This document shows, piece after piece, positions 1 through 9,158 of a stretch of 64,000 nt of DNA. How positions within the stretch are numbered: position 1 is the stretch's first letter; each line of letters starts with the position of its first letter. A model generated the notes under the pieces. That model was not told the origin of the DNA, did not search any database, and saw nothing but the letters and a program-made list of their open reading frames with translations. Origin of the DNA: an uncultured Candidatus Rokubacteria bacterium (GTDB taxonomy: Bacteria; Methylomirabilota; Methylomirabilia; Rokubacteriales; CSP1-6); assembly GCA_963758635.1 (NCBI GenBank), contig CAVWWD010000008.1, forward strand, positions 64,001-128,000, read 5' to 3'. A program made the translations under genes and the position numbers.

Positions 1-1335
1 GTCGATCATCACCGTTTCCGCGTCGTCCGAGGCGTCGGCGGGCCGCGCCGGCTCGGCCTCGCGCGGGCGAAGGAGCTGGAGCTGCGCGCGGTCGATCATC
101 ACGGTCTCGGCGTCGTCCGATCCGGGGGCCGGCGCGGCTCGCCGCGCCTCGCGTCGCGCTTCCTCGAGCGCGTGCACGCCGCCCGCGTGCTCGGGCATCG
201 CCTGCACGATGCGCTCGAGCGCGGCGGCGGCGGCGGCCCAGTCCGCCTTCCGCGCGAGGCTCTTGGCTTCCGCGTAGGCCGGCCGCAGCGACTCGGCCCG
301 CTCCAGCAGACCGCGCGCGCGCTCGATCTCCTCCACCTGCTCGCGGCGAAGGCTCTCGAGGGCGGCCAGGGGCAGCTGCTCGTCCGGCACCGTCACGGCG
401 GCGGGGGCCGGTCCGTCGATGCGCTCGGCGAGCTGGGCGAGCAGGCGCGCCAGCTCGGGCGCGCCCGCCTCCAGGTGCCGGTGCACCGCGCGCGCCTCCT
501 CGCGGAGCCGGCGCCGCACGCCCTCGAGCTCGGTCTGCAGCTGGCTCATGTCCCGGAACCGCTCGGCCGGCTCTCGCCGGAGCGCCCGCTCGAGCACGGT
601 CTCGAGATCCCGCGGGATGCCGGCGTCGGGCGTGTAGAGCGACGGAGCGGTCGAGTCGATGCCCTCGAGGACGGCCATGGCGTCCGTGCCGCGCCGCGGG
701 CTCCGGGAGGCGACGAGGTCGTAGAACAGGGCGGCGGCGGAGAAGACGTCCGAGCGGATGTCGCCCTGTCCGCGCAGCTGCTCGGGCGCGGCGTAGCGCA
801 GCATGTCGCCGAGCTGGCCCCGACCCGCCGGGGTGGCGTCGCCGCGCGCGGCGATCCGGGCCATGCCGAAGTCGAGCAGCTTGACCATGCCGCTTCGCTG
901 CACGATCACGTTCTCCGGCCGCACGTCGCGATGCAGGACGCCCCGCTGGTGCGCGTAGGCGAGGCCGCGGCACACCTGGATCATGATCCCGAGCCGGTCC
1001 TCGAGCGGGTGGTCCTCGCGCGTGGTGATGGTCTGCTCGAGCTCGTCGCCCTCCACGTACTCCACCACCATGAAGAGCCGGCCCTGCTCCTCGCTGGCGT
1101 CGTAGACGGTCACCATGTTCGGATGGCTCAGCTTGGCGCACGCCTGCGCGTCCTTGAAGAAGCGGCTCCGAAGGTCGTCGGTGATGTCGCCCTGCTCGGC
1201 GATGACCTTGAGGGCGACGATGCGCTTGAGGAGGGTGTCCTCGGCCTTGAACACCAGGCCGATGCCGCCGTAGTGAATCTCCTCGATGATGCGGTACTTA
1301 CCGAGCCGTTCGCTCGCGGCCACGTGGTCTGTCAC
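1..1335 (-). CDS. Hanks-type Ser/Thr protein kinase with helical C-terminal region (3' end beyond window)
   Basis: Not in ORF track (open at edge). Manual translation from GTG 1335 (GGAGG RBS upstream): LGKYRIIEEIHYGGIGLVFKA...VALKVI...HRDVRPENV...KLLDFGMA...YAAPEQ...RSDVFS. Confidence 0.92.
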   Translation of the reverse strand, partial: MTDHVAASERLGKYRIIEEIHYGGIGLVFKAEDTLLKRIVALKVIAEQGDITDDLRSRFFKDAQACAKLSHPNMVTVYDASEEQGRLFMVVEYVEGDELEQTITTREDHPLEDRLGIMIQVCRGLAYAHQRGVLHRDVRPENVIVQRSGMVKLLDFGMARIAARGDATPAGRGQLGDMLRYAAPEQLRGQGDIRSDVFSAAALFYDLVASRSPRRGTDAMAVLEGIDSTAPSLYTPDAGIPRDLETVLERALRREPAERFRDMSQLQTELEGVRRRLREEARAVHRHLEAGAPELARLLAQLAERIDGPAPAAVTVPDEQLPLAALESLRREQVEEIERARGLLERAESLRPAYAEAKSLARKADWAAAAAALERIVQAMPEHAGGVHALEEARREARRAAPAPGSDDAETVMIDRAQLQLLRPREAEPARPADASDDAETVMID

Positions 1336-1398
1336 CGATCCTCCCGGGCCGGGAAAATGTCCTTGCCACGGTCCGCCGTTGTTGAGTCGCGCAGCCAG

Positions 1399-1404
1399 TA
1401 TAAT
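1399..1404 (+). promoter_or_regulatory. -10 box TATAAT 6 nt before ATG 1411 (probable leaderless transcript)
   Basis: Perfect TATAAT-CCTGGC-ATG in very GC-rich DNA; no good -35 box. Confidence 0.55.
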
Positions 1405-1410
1405 CCTGGC

Positions 1411-3098
1411 ATGGAAGGGCCGCCGCCGACGGGAAATTTCCGGCGCGGACGCACCATGCGCCGCCGCGTCGTGCCCATCGTCCTGGGCCTCGCCACGCTG
1501 GTCGCGGCCGCGTGCGCCCCCACGCCGCCGCCCACCGCGAGCGCGCCGCCCGAGGCGCCCCCGCCGCCGCCCCCGCCGCGCGCCGCCGCCCCGCCCCCCC
1601 GCCTCCCGTGGAGGCGCTGCCGGAGACGTTCGAGTCGAGCGAGTTCATCGTGGCGCTCGCCCGCGCCGGGGACACCGCGGAACGCCTCGCCGCCCGGCAC
1701 CTCGGCGGCGCGGCCCGGGCGTGGATGATCACCGATTTCGGCGGCGCCGCGTCCTACGCCGCGCGGCAGATCGTCGTCATCCCGCGGCGCCAGTGGAACC
1801 CGCCCGGCGTCTACCCCCACGGCTACCAGGTCGTGCCGGTCCTCGCCTACGGCCCGCTCGCCGCCGATCGCCGGACCCGCGGCGCGGTGAGCGCCGCCGC
1901 CTTCGAGGAGCAGATGCGGGACCTCAAGGCGGGCGGCTACCACGTGCTCGCGCTCGACGAGTTCTTCGCGTACCTGCGCCAGGAGCGTCAGGTGCCGAGG
2001 AAGTCGGTGCTGCTCACATTCGACGACGCGCAGCGCGGCTTCCTGCAGCACGCCCGGCCGGTGCTCCAGGAGCTCGGGTTCCCGGCCGTGCTGTTCGTGG
2101 CCACGGGCGCGGTCGCGGCCCGGCCGGGCGCCGGCCCCTTGAGCTGGCCCGAGCTCACCGAGCTCTCGAAGAGCGGCGTCGACGTGCAGTCCGCGTCGCG
2201 CAGCGCCCGCGACCTGCGGCGCGCGGGAAGCGAAGCCGATGCCGCGTACTCGCGGCGCATGCAGCAGGAGCTCGAGACGCCCCTCGAGCTGCTCAAGCGG
2301 CACGTGTCCCGACTCGGAAGCGGCCTGGAGACCCTCGCGTATCCGGTCGGTCGCTGGGACGACGACCTCATCCGCTACGCGCGGCAGTACGGGTACAGCG
2401 CCGCCTTCTCGGTGGGCGGCGACGCGAACCCGGCGTTCGTGCACGCGCTCAAGATCAACCGCATCCCGGTCAGCGCCGACTGGACGCTGGCCGATTTCAA
2501 GAGGAACCTCGTCACCTTCCGGGAGCAGGCGATCCTGCTGGACCGGCCGCCCGAGCCGCCGGCCGCCCTCACGGCCCCCGCCGGTGATCGGGCCACGCGC
2601 CGCGCGGTGGCCGCACCGCGCCTCGAGTGGTCCCGTCAGCTCGAGGAGCGCGGGTTGCTGCGTCAGGCCCTCGACGAGTGCCGGATCGCCCGCGCCATCG
2701 ATCCGGGATCGTCGGCGGCGACGGAGCGGTGCGGCCGGCTGCAGACGCGCATCCCGGCCGAGGCGACGGCGCGGTTCCAGGAGGGGGTGAAGCTCGCGCG
2801 CACGTCGCCCGGCGACGCGCGGGCGCGCTTCCTCGCCGCGCTCGCCGTGGATCCCACGCACGTGGGCGCCTTCGACGCGCTCCGGAACACCGCGGCGCTG
2901 CCCACGAAGTTCCTGAGCCATACCGTGCGGGCCCAGGAAACGTCGTCCTCGCTCGCCGACCTCTACTACGGGGACCGCGCCCGCGCCGACCTCATCGAGC
3001 AGGCGAACGGCCTCGCGCCCGGCGCGGCGCTGCCCGTCGGCAAGGTCCTCAAGATCCCGGAGATCTCCGGAGTTCCGTTCCTCCGCCCCGACCGTTAG
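1411..3098 (+). CDS. Lipoprotein: LysM-like, polysaccharide deacetylase-like, TPR-like, LysM (frameshift near 1590-1605)
   Basis: Signal/lipobox MRRRVVPIVLGLATLVAAAC (ATG 1456; in-frame ATG 1411), Pro linker, frameshift in poly-C, then LLTFDD and LAYPVG NodB motifs, C-terminal LysM HTVRAQET..LADLYYG..ANGL..LPVGKVLKIP. Confidence 0.8.
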
Positions 3099-3381
3099 AG
3101 GTTGTGACGCAGAGCGGACCTTGACCCACGAGCGGGTCGAACAGGGGATCGATCACCGCGTCCTCCTCCTCCTGCGCTCGGGCTCGATGCATCCCGTTGC
3201 GCCCTGATAGTCCCTGCGATGGCGCGGCGTCAAGCGCCCGACCGGACAGCTCCAGAGCGGAGGCCGTGGACAGCCGCTCCGCCCCCGGGTAGGCTATCCG
3301 CGCCGGCGAGCCGCCGCGGCGAACGCGTCGCGGCGCGCTCGAGCTCGGCACGTCTCTCACATCTCACCCAGGGAGGCCTTC

Positions 3382-3681
3382 ATGACCGTCGATCGGTACA
3401 CCCGCATCGTGCTGACCGTCATCGCCGTGGCGCTCACCGTGATCGCCGTGCGCCCGTGGCTGCCCGCGCCCGACGTGCGGGAGGCGCTCGTGCCCGGCGC
3501 CGCCCACGCGCAGAACCTCACCCCGAAGTACGAGGTCTCGGTGCCGAAGGCGTGGGGCAAGTACGTGGCGTTCAGCAACAACAACCTTCTCCTGGAGAGC
3601 GCGGAGGGATGGCGCATCGTCGACGTTGAGGGGAAGGCGCCCGAGTATCCAAAGGTGAAGGCGCTGATTCGCTGGCAGTAG
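3382..3681 (+). CDS. Small secreted/membrane-anchored hypothetical protein
   Basis: GGAGG RBS; N-terminal hydrophobic segment DRYTRIVLTVIAVALTVIAV; GC3-biased codons. Confidence 0.75.
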   Translation: MTVDRYTRIVLTVIAVALTVIAVRPWLPAPDVREALVPGAAHAQNLTPKYEVSVPKAWGKYVAFSNNNLLLESAEGWRIVDVEGKAPEYPKVKALIRWQ

Positions 3682-3863
3682 CGCGGCGGTCGCGCTCGGA
3701 GGCCACGCGCGGTGCTCGCGCTTGTTGCTCGCCTCCCGCCTCCCGAAGTAGACTGCCCGACGAGGAATTCCACGCGGCCTCGTCACCTGGCCCCGGCTCG
3801 CTCCCGCCGGGGTCGTCGCTCTCCGTCGGCGTGGTCGCGCTCCGGCCGCCGGGAGGCACGGAC

Positions 3864-4025
3864 ATGCCGAAGCTCACGCTGGTGCAGGACCGGAAGACGG
3901 TCCAGATCTACGATCTCGATCAGCAGGTCATGCGCGATCGGAAGACGGTGCACGTCTACGACATCGACCGGCCCGTGATCCGCGTCGGGCGCGTGGCGGT
4001 GATGGACATGGACGAGGTGCGCTGA
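3864..4025 (+). CDS. 53-aa peptide with internal 16-aa duplication; resembles a truncated FHA-domain N-terminus
   Basis: GGAGG RBS at 3852; MPKLTLVQ-DRKTVQIYDLDQQVMR-DRKTVHVYDIDRPVIR-VGRVAVMD. Confidence 0.5.
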   Translation: MPKLTLVQDRKTVQIYDLDQQVMRDRKTVHVYDIDRPVIRVGRVAVMDMDEVR

Positions 4026-4031
4026 CCGGCC

Positions 4032-5738
4032 ATGCGCTCCGGGCGCCGGGGCCTCTGGCTCGTCGCTATCGCCGCGCTGTCCCTGGGCTGCGGCGCCTCC
4101 CCCGCGGCCCACCATGCCGCGGGGGCCGCCGTCCCCTCCGCTGCCCCACTGCTCTTCGAGGACCTCGGACACCATCACCGCCCCGTCACCACCACCTCGC
4201 CGCGCGCCCAGGCGTACTTCGACCAGGGCCTGCGGCTCGTCTACGCCTTCAACCACGTCGAGGGGCAGCGCGCGTTCGAGGAGGCGGCGCGGCTCGATCC
4301 GAGCTGCGCGATGTGCTTCTGGGGCATCGCGCTCTGCCACGGGTCCAACTACAACAGCCCGACCGACGCCGAGCGCGAGCGCGCGGCGACGCGGGCGGTG
4401 CAGGCGGCTCAGGCTCTGGCCGCCCGGGGGACCGACGTGGAGCGGGCGCTGATCGCCGCGCTGGCCCGCCGTCACGCGCCCGCCGACGCCAGCCGCGTCT
4501 CGCTGGACCGGACCTACGCCGACGCCATGCGCGAGGTGGCGCAGCGCTTCCCCGCCGACCTGGACGCCGGCACGCTCTTCGCCGACGCGCTGATGAACCT
4601 GCGACCGTGGGACCTCTGGACGATCGACGGGCAGCCCGAGCCCGGGACGCTGGAGGCGGTGGCCGCGCTGGAGCGGGTGCTCGCCGCGAACCCCGATCAT
4701 CCGGGCGCCAACCACCTCTACATCCACGCGGTGGAGGCGAGCCCGCGGCCGCAGCGCGCGGCGGCCGCCGCCGACCGTCTGGCCGGCCTCATGCCCGGGG
4801 CCGGTCACATGGTGCACATGCCGTCGCACATCTACTTCCGCATCGGCCGCTACGAGGACGCCCGGCTGGTGAACGAGCGCGCCGTCGCGGCGGACCGGAC
4901 GTACTTCACGAAGAGCCGGCCGAGCCCGATCTACCAGGGCATGTACCACCCGCACAACATCGACTTCATCTGGCACGCGGCCGGCATGGAGGGACGCAGC
5001 GCGGATGCCATCCGCGCCGCCCGCCAGCTCGCCGCCGCCGCGCCCGTGGACGTGGTCCAGTCGATGCCCGACATGGAGACGATGCCCGCCGCGCCGCTCG
5101 GCGCGCTCGCGCGCTTCGGGCGCTGGGAGGAGATCCTCCGCGAGCCCGCGCCGCCCGCCGGCTTCCTGTACGTCACCGGGGTGTGGCATCACGCGCGCGG
5201 GCTCGCGTATCTGCGCACGGGCCGGCCGGGCGAGGCGACCCGCGAGCTGGCGGCGCTTCGCGCGTTGACCGAGCGTGTCCCCGCCGAGCGCACCGTCGCG
5301 GGATTCTTCAAGACCGCGGACATGCTGCGCCTCGCCGGCGAGGTCCTCGCCGCGGAGATCGCCGCGCAGGCCGGGCACGTCGACGAGGCGGTGCGCCGCC
5401 TGACCGAGGCGGCCGGGATGCAGGATCGCCACTGGTTCACCGAGCCGCCTCCCTGGTACGCTCCGGTGCGGCACACGCTCGGCGCCGTGCTCCTCGAGGC
5501 CCGCCGTCCCGTGGAGGCGGAGGCCGTCTACCAGGACGACCTGCGCCGGAATCCCGGCAACGGCTGGTCGCTCGTCGGACTGACGCAGGCCCTGCGGGCC
5601 CAGCAGCGCCTCGTGGAGGCGCAGGGCATGCAGGGGCGGTTCAGCCTGGCGTGGGCGCGGGCGGATGTGAGCATCACGCGGTCGCGCTTTTTAAACCACT
5701 CAACCTGGAAAAGGGGACCCCTTGGCGCCACCTGTTGA
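4032..5738 (+). CDS. Exported tetratricopeptide-repeat protein (true stop probably near 5694)
   Basis: Lipobox-like LSLGC; AQAYFDQGL..YAFNH, HPGANHLYIH, GHMVHMPSHIY motifs. Removing one T from TTTTTAA at 5688 gives the ending SRF-stop and removes the overlap with the next gene. Confidence 0.85.
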   Translation: MRSGRRGLWLVAIAALSLGCGASPAAHHAAGAAVPSAAPLLFEDLGHHHRPVTTTSPRAQAYFDQGLRLVYAFNHVEGQRAFEEAARLDPSCAMCFWGIALCHGSNYNSPTDAERERAATRAVQAAQALAARGTDVERALIAALARRHAPADASRVSLDRTYADAMREVAQRFPADLDAGTLFADALMNLRPWDLWTIDGQPEPGTLEAVAALERVLAANPDHPGANHLYIHAVEASPRPQRAAAAADRLAGLMPGAGHMVHMPSHIYFRIGRYEDARLVNERAVAADRTYFTKSRPSPIYQGMYHPHNIDFIWHAAGMEGRSADAIRAARQLAAAAPVDVVQSMPDMETMPAAPLGALARFGRWEEILREPAPPAGFLYVTGVWHHARGLAYLRTGRPGEATRELAALRALTERVPAERTVAGFFKTADMLRLAGEVLAAEIAAQAGHVDEAVRRLTEAAGMQDRHWFTEPPPWYAPVRHTLGAVLLEARRPVEAEAVYQDDLRRNPGNGWSLVGLTQALRAQQRLVEAQGMQGRFSLAWARADVSITRSRFLNHSTWKRGPLGATC

Positions 5739-6303
5739 TCCGAACGAGGTTCTGATGACCGGCGAGAACTCCTTCATCCGCCTGAGCCCGGACGGCGGCA
5801 CGACGCAGACGGACCGCATCAGCCACTGGCGGGTGCTCTGGTGTCCGGGCGGCGGCGGTCACGTGCTGTTCATGCAGAGCCAGCTCACGGGCGGGCAGGT
5901 GCGCATCTGGAGCGACAACGTCGGCGTGACGCGCTGGCTTCAGAAGACGATCGAGACGCTGCTGTTTCCCGCCTTCGCCGATCCCGCCACGCCGGTCGCG
6001 ACCGCCGCCTTCGGGCGGCACGGCGGACCGTGGGGGACGGCGGTGGAGACGGTGACCGCGGCCGACGCGCGCATCACGCTGTCGTGGTGGGACACGCTCA
6101 CGCCGTTCGTCCTCAACGCGCCGCCCGGCTTCAACAACCGGCCGATCGGCGTGTTCAGCACGTTCTTCCCCGCGCGGGGCGCCCAGATCGAGATGGACGG
6201 CAAGGTCGCCAAGGGCCTGCCGTGGGCGGAGACGCGAGGTGACCGGCAGTCCAGCAGCGCCTGCCTGGCGTGGTCCGAGACCTGGGTGAAGCCGAAGAGC
6301 TGA
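5722..6303 (+). CDS. Hypothetical protein
   Basis: 193-aa ORF with normal composition and codon bias, TTG start after AAGGGG. Confidence 0.75.
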   Translation: MAPPVDPNEVLMTGENSFIRLSPDGGTTQTDRISHWRVLWCPGGGGHVLFMQSQLTGGQVRIWSDNVGVTRWLQKTIETLLFPAFADPATPVATAAFGRHGGPWGTAVETVTAADARITLSWWDTLTPFVLNAPPGFNNRPIGVFSTFFPARGAQIEMDGKVAKGLPWAETRGDRQSSSACLAWSETWVKPKS

Positions 6304-6406
6304 GCCGGCCGACCGACCCGCGACCTTGCGGCGGGCCCAGCCGCGGGAGAGCGTGAACGCGCGCCGCGGCGCTCCTGATCGAGGAGCGCCGCGGCGGCGA
6401 GATCCT

Positions 6407-7060
6407 CTAGCGTGACTCGACGAGGCCCGACGGGCAGCGGACGCCCGTGCCGCCGATGCCGCAGTACCCCCAGGGGTTCTTGGAGAGGTACTGCTGGTGA
6501 TAGTCCTCCGCGTAGAAGAACTCGGGCGCCTCGCGGATCTCCGTGGTGATCGGGCCGTAGCGCGCCTTCGTCAGCACCTTCTGGTACGCCTCCCGGGAAG
6601 CCTTCGCCGCGTCGAGCTGGGCGGGGCCGTAGCAGTACGCCGCCGACCGGTACTGGGTGCCCACGTCGTTGCCCTGGCGGTCGCCCTGCGTGGGATCGTG
6701 GTTCTCCCAGAAGAGACGCAGCAGGTCCTCGTAGGAGATCTTGGCGGGGTCGAAGACCACCCGCACCATCTCGGTGTGGCCGGTGAGCCCGCTGCAGACC
6801 TCCTCGTAGGTGGGGTTGGGCGTGAAGCCGCCCGCATAGCCCACCGAGGTCGAGTACACGCCCGGCGCCTGCCAGAAGATGCGCTCCGCGCCCCAGAAGC
6901 AGCCCATGCCGAAATCGGCGATCTCCATCCCCTCCGGGAACGGCGGCTCCAGCCGGGCGCCGCTCACGTGATGCGCCTCGGGCACGGGCATGCGGGCGGT
7001 GCGGCCGGGCAGGGCCTCCTGGGCCGACGTGGGCATCGCGGGCTTGCGGAAACGGAGCAT
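6407..7060 (-). CDS. msrA: Peptide-methionine (S)-S-oxide reductase
   Basis: GCFWG catalytic motif, [40 protein letters not shown] 7060 after GGAGGAGG. Confidence 0.97.
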   Translation of the reverse strand: MLRFRKPAMPTSAQEALPGRTARMPVPEAHHVSGARLEPPFPEGMEIADFGMGCFWGAERIFWQAPGVYSTSVGYAGGFTPNPTYEEVCSGLTGHTEMVRVVFDPAKISYEDLLRLFWENHDPTQGDRQGNDVGTQYRSAAYCYGPAQLDAAKASREAYQKVLTKARYGPITTEIREAPEFFYAEDYHQQYLSKNPWGYCGIGGTGVRCPSGLVESR

Positions 7061-7125
7061 GAAGGGTTCCTCCTCCCGGCGAGCATACCAGGGTCCGCGG
7101 AGCGACCGCATCGCGCGGGCAGCCA

Positions 7126-7172
7126 ACACGCACGGGGCGGGCGGGCCGCACACGCACGGGGCGGGCGGGCCG
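7126..7172. repeat. Tandem repeat, 2 x 23 bp (period 24)
   Basis: ACACGCACGGGGCGGGCGGGCCG at 7126-7148 and 7150-7172. Confidence 0.85.
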
Positions 7173-7239
7173 AAGGCCCGGGCGCCCGCCCCATGGTGAG
7201 GCTTGTGCCGGCCGCGCGTCCTGGGCGACACTGACGCTT

Positions 7240-7284
7240 CCCCTCTCCCCCTGCGCGGGGGAGAGGGGCAGGGGAGTGGGGGGG
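7240..7284. repeat. REP-like palindromic element (CCCTCTCCC..GGGAGAGGG family)
   Basis: CCCCTCTCCCCCTGCGCGGGGGAGAGGGG hairpin plus G-rich tail; related copies elsewhere in the window. Confidence 0.75.
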
Positions 7285-7329
7285 CCTGGTCAATGGCCCG
7301 GTCGATCTCGAAGACCACAGGAGACAGTC

Positions 7330-8439
7330 ATGGACAAGGCGAGGCTGGCGACGTTCCACGGGGCAGGCAAGCCCTTCGAGATCCGGGAGTACCCGGTGCC
7401 CGAGCCGGAGCCGGGCGCGATCCTCATCAAGATCGCGCTCGCCAACGTGTGCGGCTCCGACATGCACTACTGGCGCGGCGAGCTGGACTACGTGAAGATG
7501 GGCCGCCCGCTGCCGCTGAACACCGGCCACGAGCACGTGGGCACGGTGGCGCGGCTCGGGCCCGGCGTGACCACCGACACCGCCGGCCAGCCGCTCGCCG
7601 TGGGCGATCGCGTGCTCTATCGCTTCTTCTTCCCGTGCGGGCGCTGCAAGGCGTGCCTGCGCCGCCAGTACAAGTCGTGCCCCACGCGCCAGGCCAACTG
7701 GCTCGTGTCCTGCGAGACGTGGCCGCATTTCCAGGGGGGCTTCGGCGAGTACTTCTACCTGCGCCCCAACCACGCCGTCTTCAAGCTCCCCGCGGAGATC
7801 TCCGACGAGATGGCCGCGGGCATCAACTGCGCCTTCACCCAGGTGTACGCGGGCCTCGACCTGGCGCGCCTGCGCGCGGGCCAGACCGTGGTGGTGCAGG
7901 GGGCGGGCGGGCTCGGCGTCTACGCCTGCGCGGTGGCGCGCGAGATGGGGGCCAGCCAGGTCGTCGTCATCGACGGCGTCGACGAGCGGCTCGCCCTCGC
8001 CCGCGAGTTCGGCGCCACCGCCACCGTGGACCTGCGCGAGTTCCCGACGCCGGAGGCGCGGGTGGCCCAGGTCAAGCGGCTCACCGACGACTGGGGCGGC
8101 GACGTCGTGATGGAGCTGGTCGGCAACCCCGGCGTGGTGGACGAGGGGCTGCGCATGACCGCGCTCGAGGGCACCTACGTCGAGATCGGCAACATCAACG
8201 TGGGGTGGAAGGCGGAGTTCGACCCGGCGTGGATCATCTTCGGCAACCGCAAGATCCTCGGCCTGTCCCACTACGAGGCCGAGCACCTGCGCGGGGCGCT
8301 CGATCTCATGCGCCGCACCCTCGGCAAGTACCCGTGGGGCCGCGTGGTCTCCCACAAGTTCCCGCTCGAGGCGATCAACGAGGCCTTCGCCCAGCAGGAC
8401 AAGGGCCACGTGACGCGCGCGGCCATCGTCCCGGCCTAG
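7330..8439 (+). CDS. Zinc-binding alcohol dehydrogenase (MDR family)
   Basis: CGSDMH, GHE, structural Zn CxxCxxC(7)C, GAGGLG Rossmann motif; AGGAG RBS before ATG 7330. Confidence 0.93.
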   Translation: MDKARLATFHGAGKPFEIREYPVPEPEPGAILIKIALANVCGSDMHYWRGELDYVKMGRPLPLNTGHEHVGTVARLGPGVTTDTAGQPLAVGDRVLYRFFFPCGRCKACLRRQYKSCPTRQANWLVSCETWPHFQGGFGEYFYLRPNHAVFKLPAEISDEMAAGINCAFTQVYAGLDLARLRAGQTVVVQGAGGLGVYACAVAREMGASQVVVIDGVDERLALAREFGATATVDLREFPTPEARVAQVKRLTDDWGGDVVMELVGNPGVVDEGLRMTALEGTYVEIGNINVGWKAEFDPAWIIFGNRKILGLSHYEAEHLRGALDLMRRTLGKYPWGRVVSHKFPLEAINEAFAQQDKGHVTRAAIVPA

Positions 8440-8497
8440 CGTGAACGCTCCGCGAGGTGCGGGCGGGCGAAGCCCGGGCGCCCGCACCCGGTAAGGC

Positions 8498-9124
8498 ATG
8501 GCGACAGCCGACGACATCCTCGCCGCGGCGGCGAAGGTCTTCAAGACGAAGGGCTATCACGCCGCCTCCGTCCAGGACATCGCCGACGCGGTGGGGATCC
8601 TCAAGGGCAGCCTCTACCACCATTTCAAGAGCAAGGAGGAGCTGCTCTACCTCATCGTCAAGGAGCCGATCGCCCGCATGTACGCCACGATGGCCGAGAT
8701 CGCGGCCAGCGACCGGACGGCGGGCGAGAAGCTCCGGCGCGCGATCCTGGCCCACCTCGAGGGCCTGGACCAGCACTACCCGCACCTCTTCGTCTACCTC
8801 CGCGAGCGCGAGGAGATGAAGCGCGGGTTCCAGGAGCGGTTCAAGCTGTCGCCGAAGCAGTACGAGCGCCACTGGCAGCAGGTTCTGAGAGAGGGCGTGA
8901 AGTCCGGCGAGTTCCGGCCGGACCTCGACGTGCACGTGGTGTCCTACGGCGTGCTCGGCATGCTGAACTGGCTCTACCGGTGGTACGAGCCGGGGGGCGG
9001 CTCCGGCGTGCGCGAGGTCGCCGAGCAGTTCTCGGCGCTGGCGCTCTCCGGGCTCACGGCGACCACCCCGCGCCCGCGCCCGGCGCGCACGCGCCGGCGG
9101 GCCCGCCCGGCCCGGAAGAGCTAG
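8498..9124 (+). CDS. TetR/AcrR family regulator (KstR2/PaaR-like C-terminus)
   Basis: HTH SVQDIADAVGILKGSLYHHFKSKEELL; C-terminal GEFRPDLD..GMLNWLYRWY. Confidence 0.93.
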   Translation: MATADDILAAAAKVFKTKGYHAASVQDIADAVGILKGSLYHHFKSKEELLYLIVKEPIARMYATMAEIAASDRTAGEKLRRAILAHLEGLDQHYPHLFVYLREREEMKRGFQERFKLSPKQYERHWQQVLREGVKSGEFRPDLDVHVVSYGVLGMLNWLYRWYEPGGGSGVREVAEQFSALALSGLTATTPRPRPARTRRRARPARKS

Positions 9125-9158
9125 GCGCTTCCCCGCGTCTCCTCGGCGCGGGCCGCGG

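Noticed and set aside
172..1728. 518-aa plus-strand ORF
   Set aside because: Mostly antisense to the kinase; only its last part is the true lipoprotein N-terminus.
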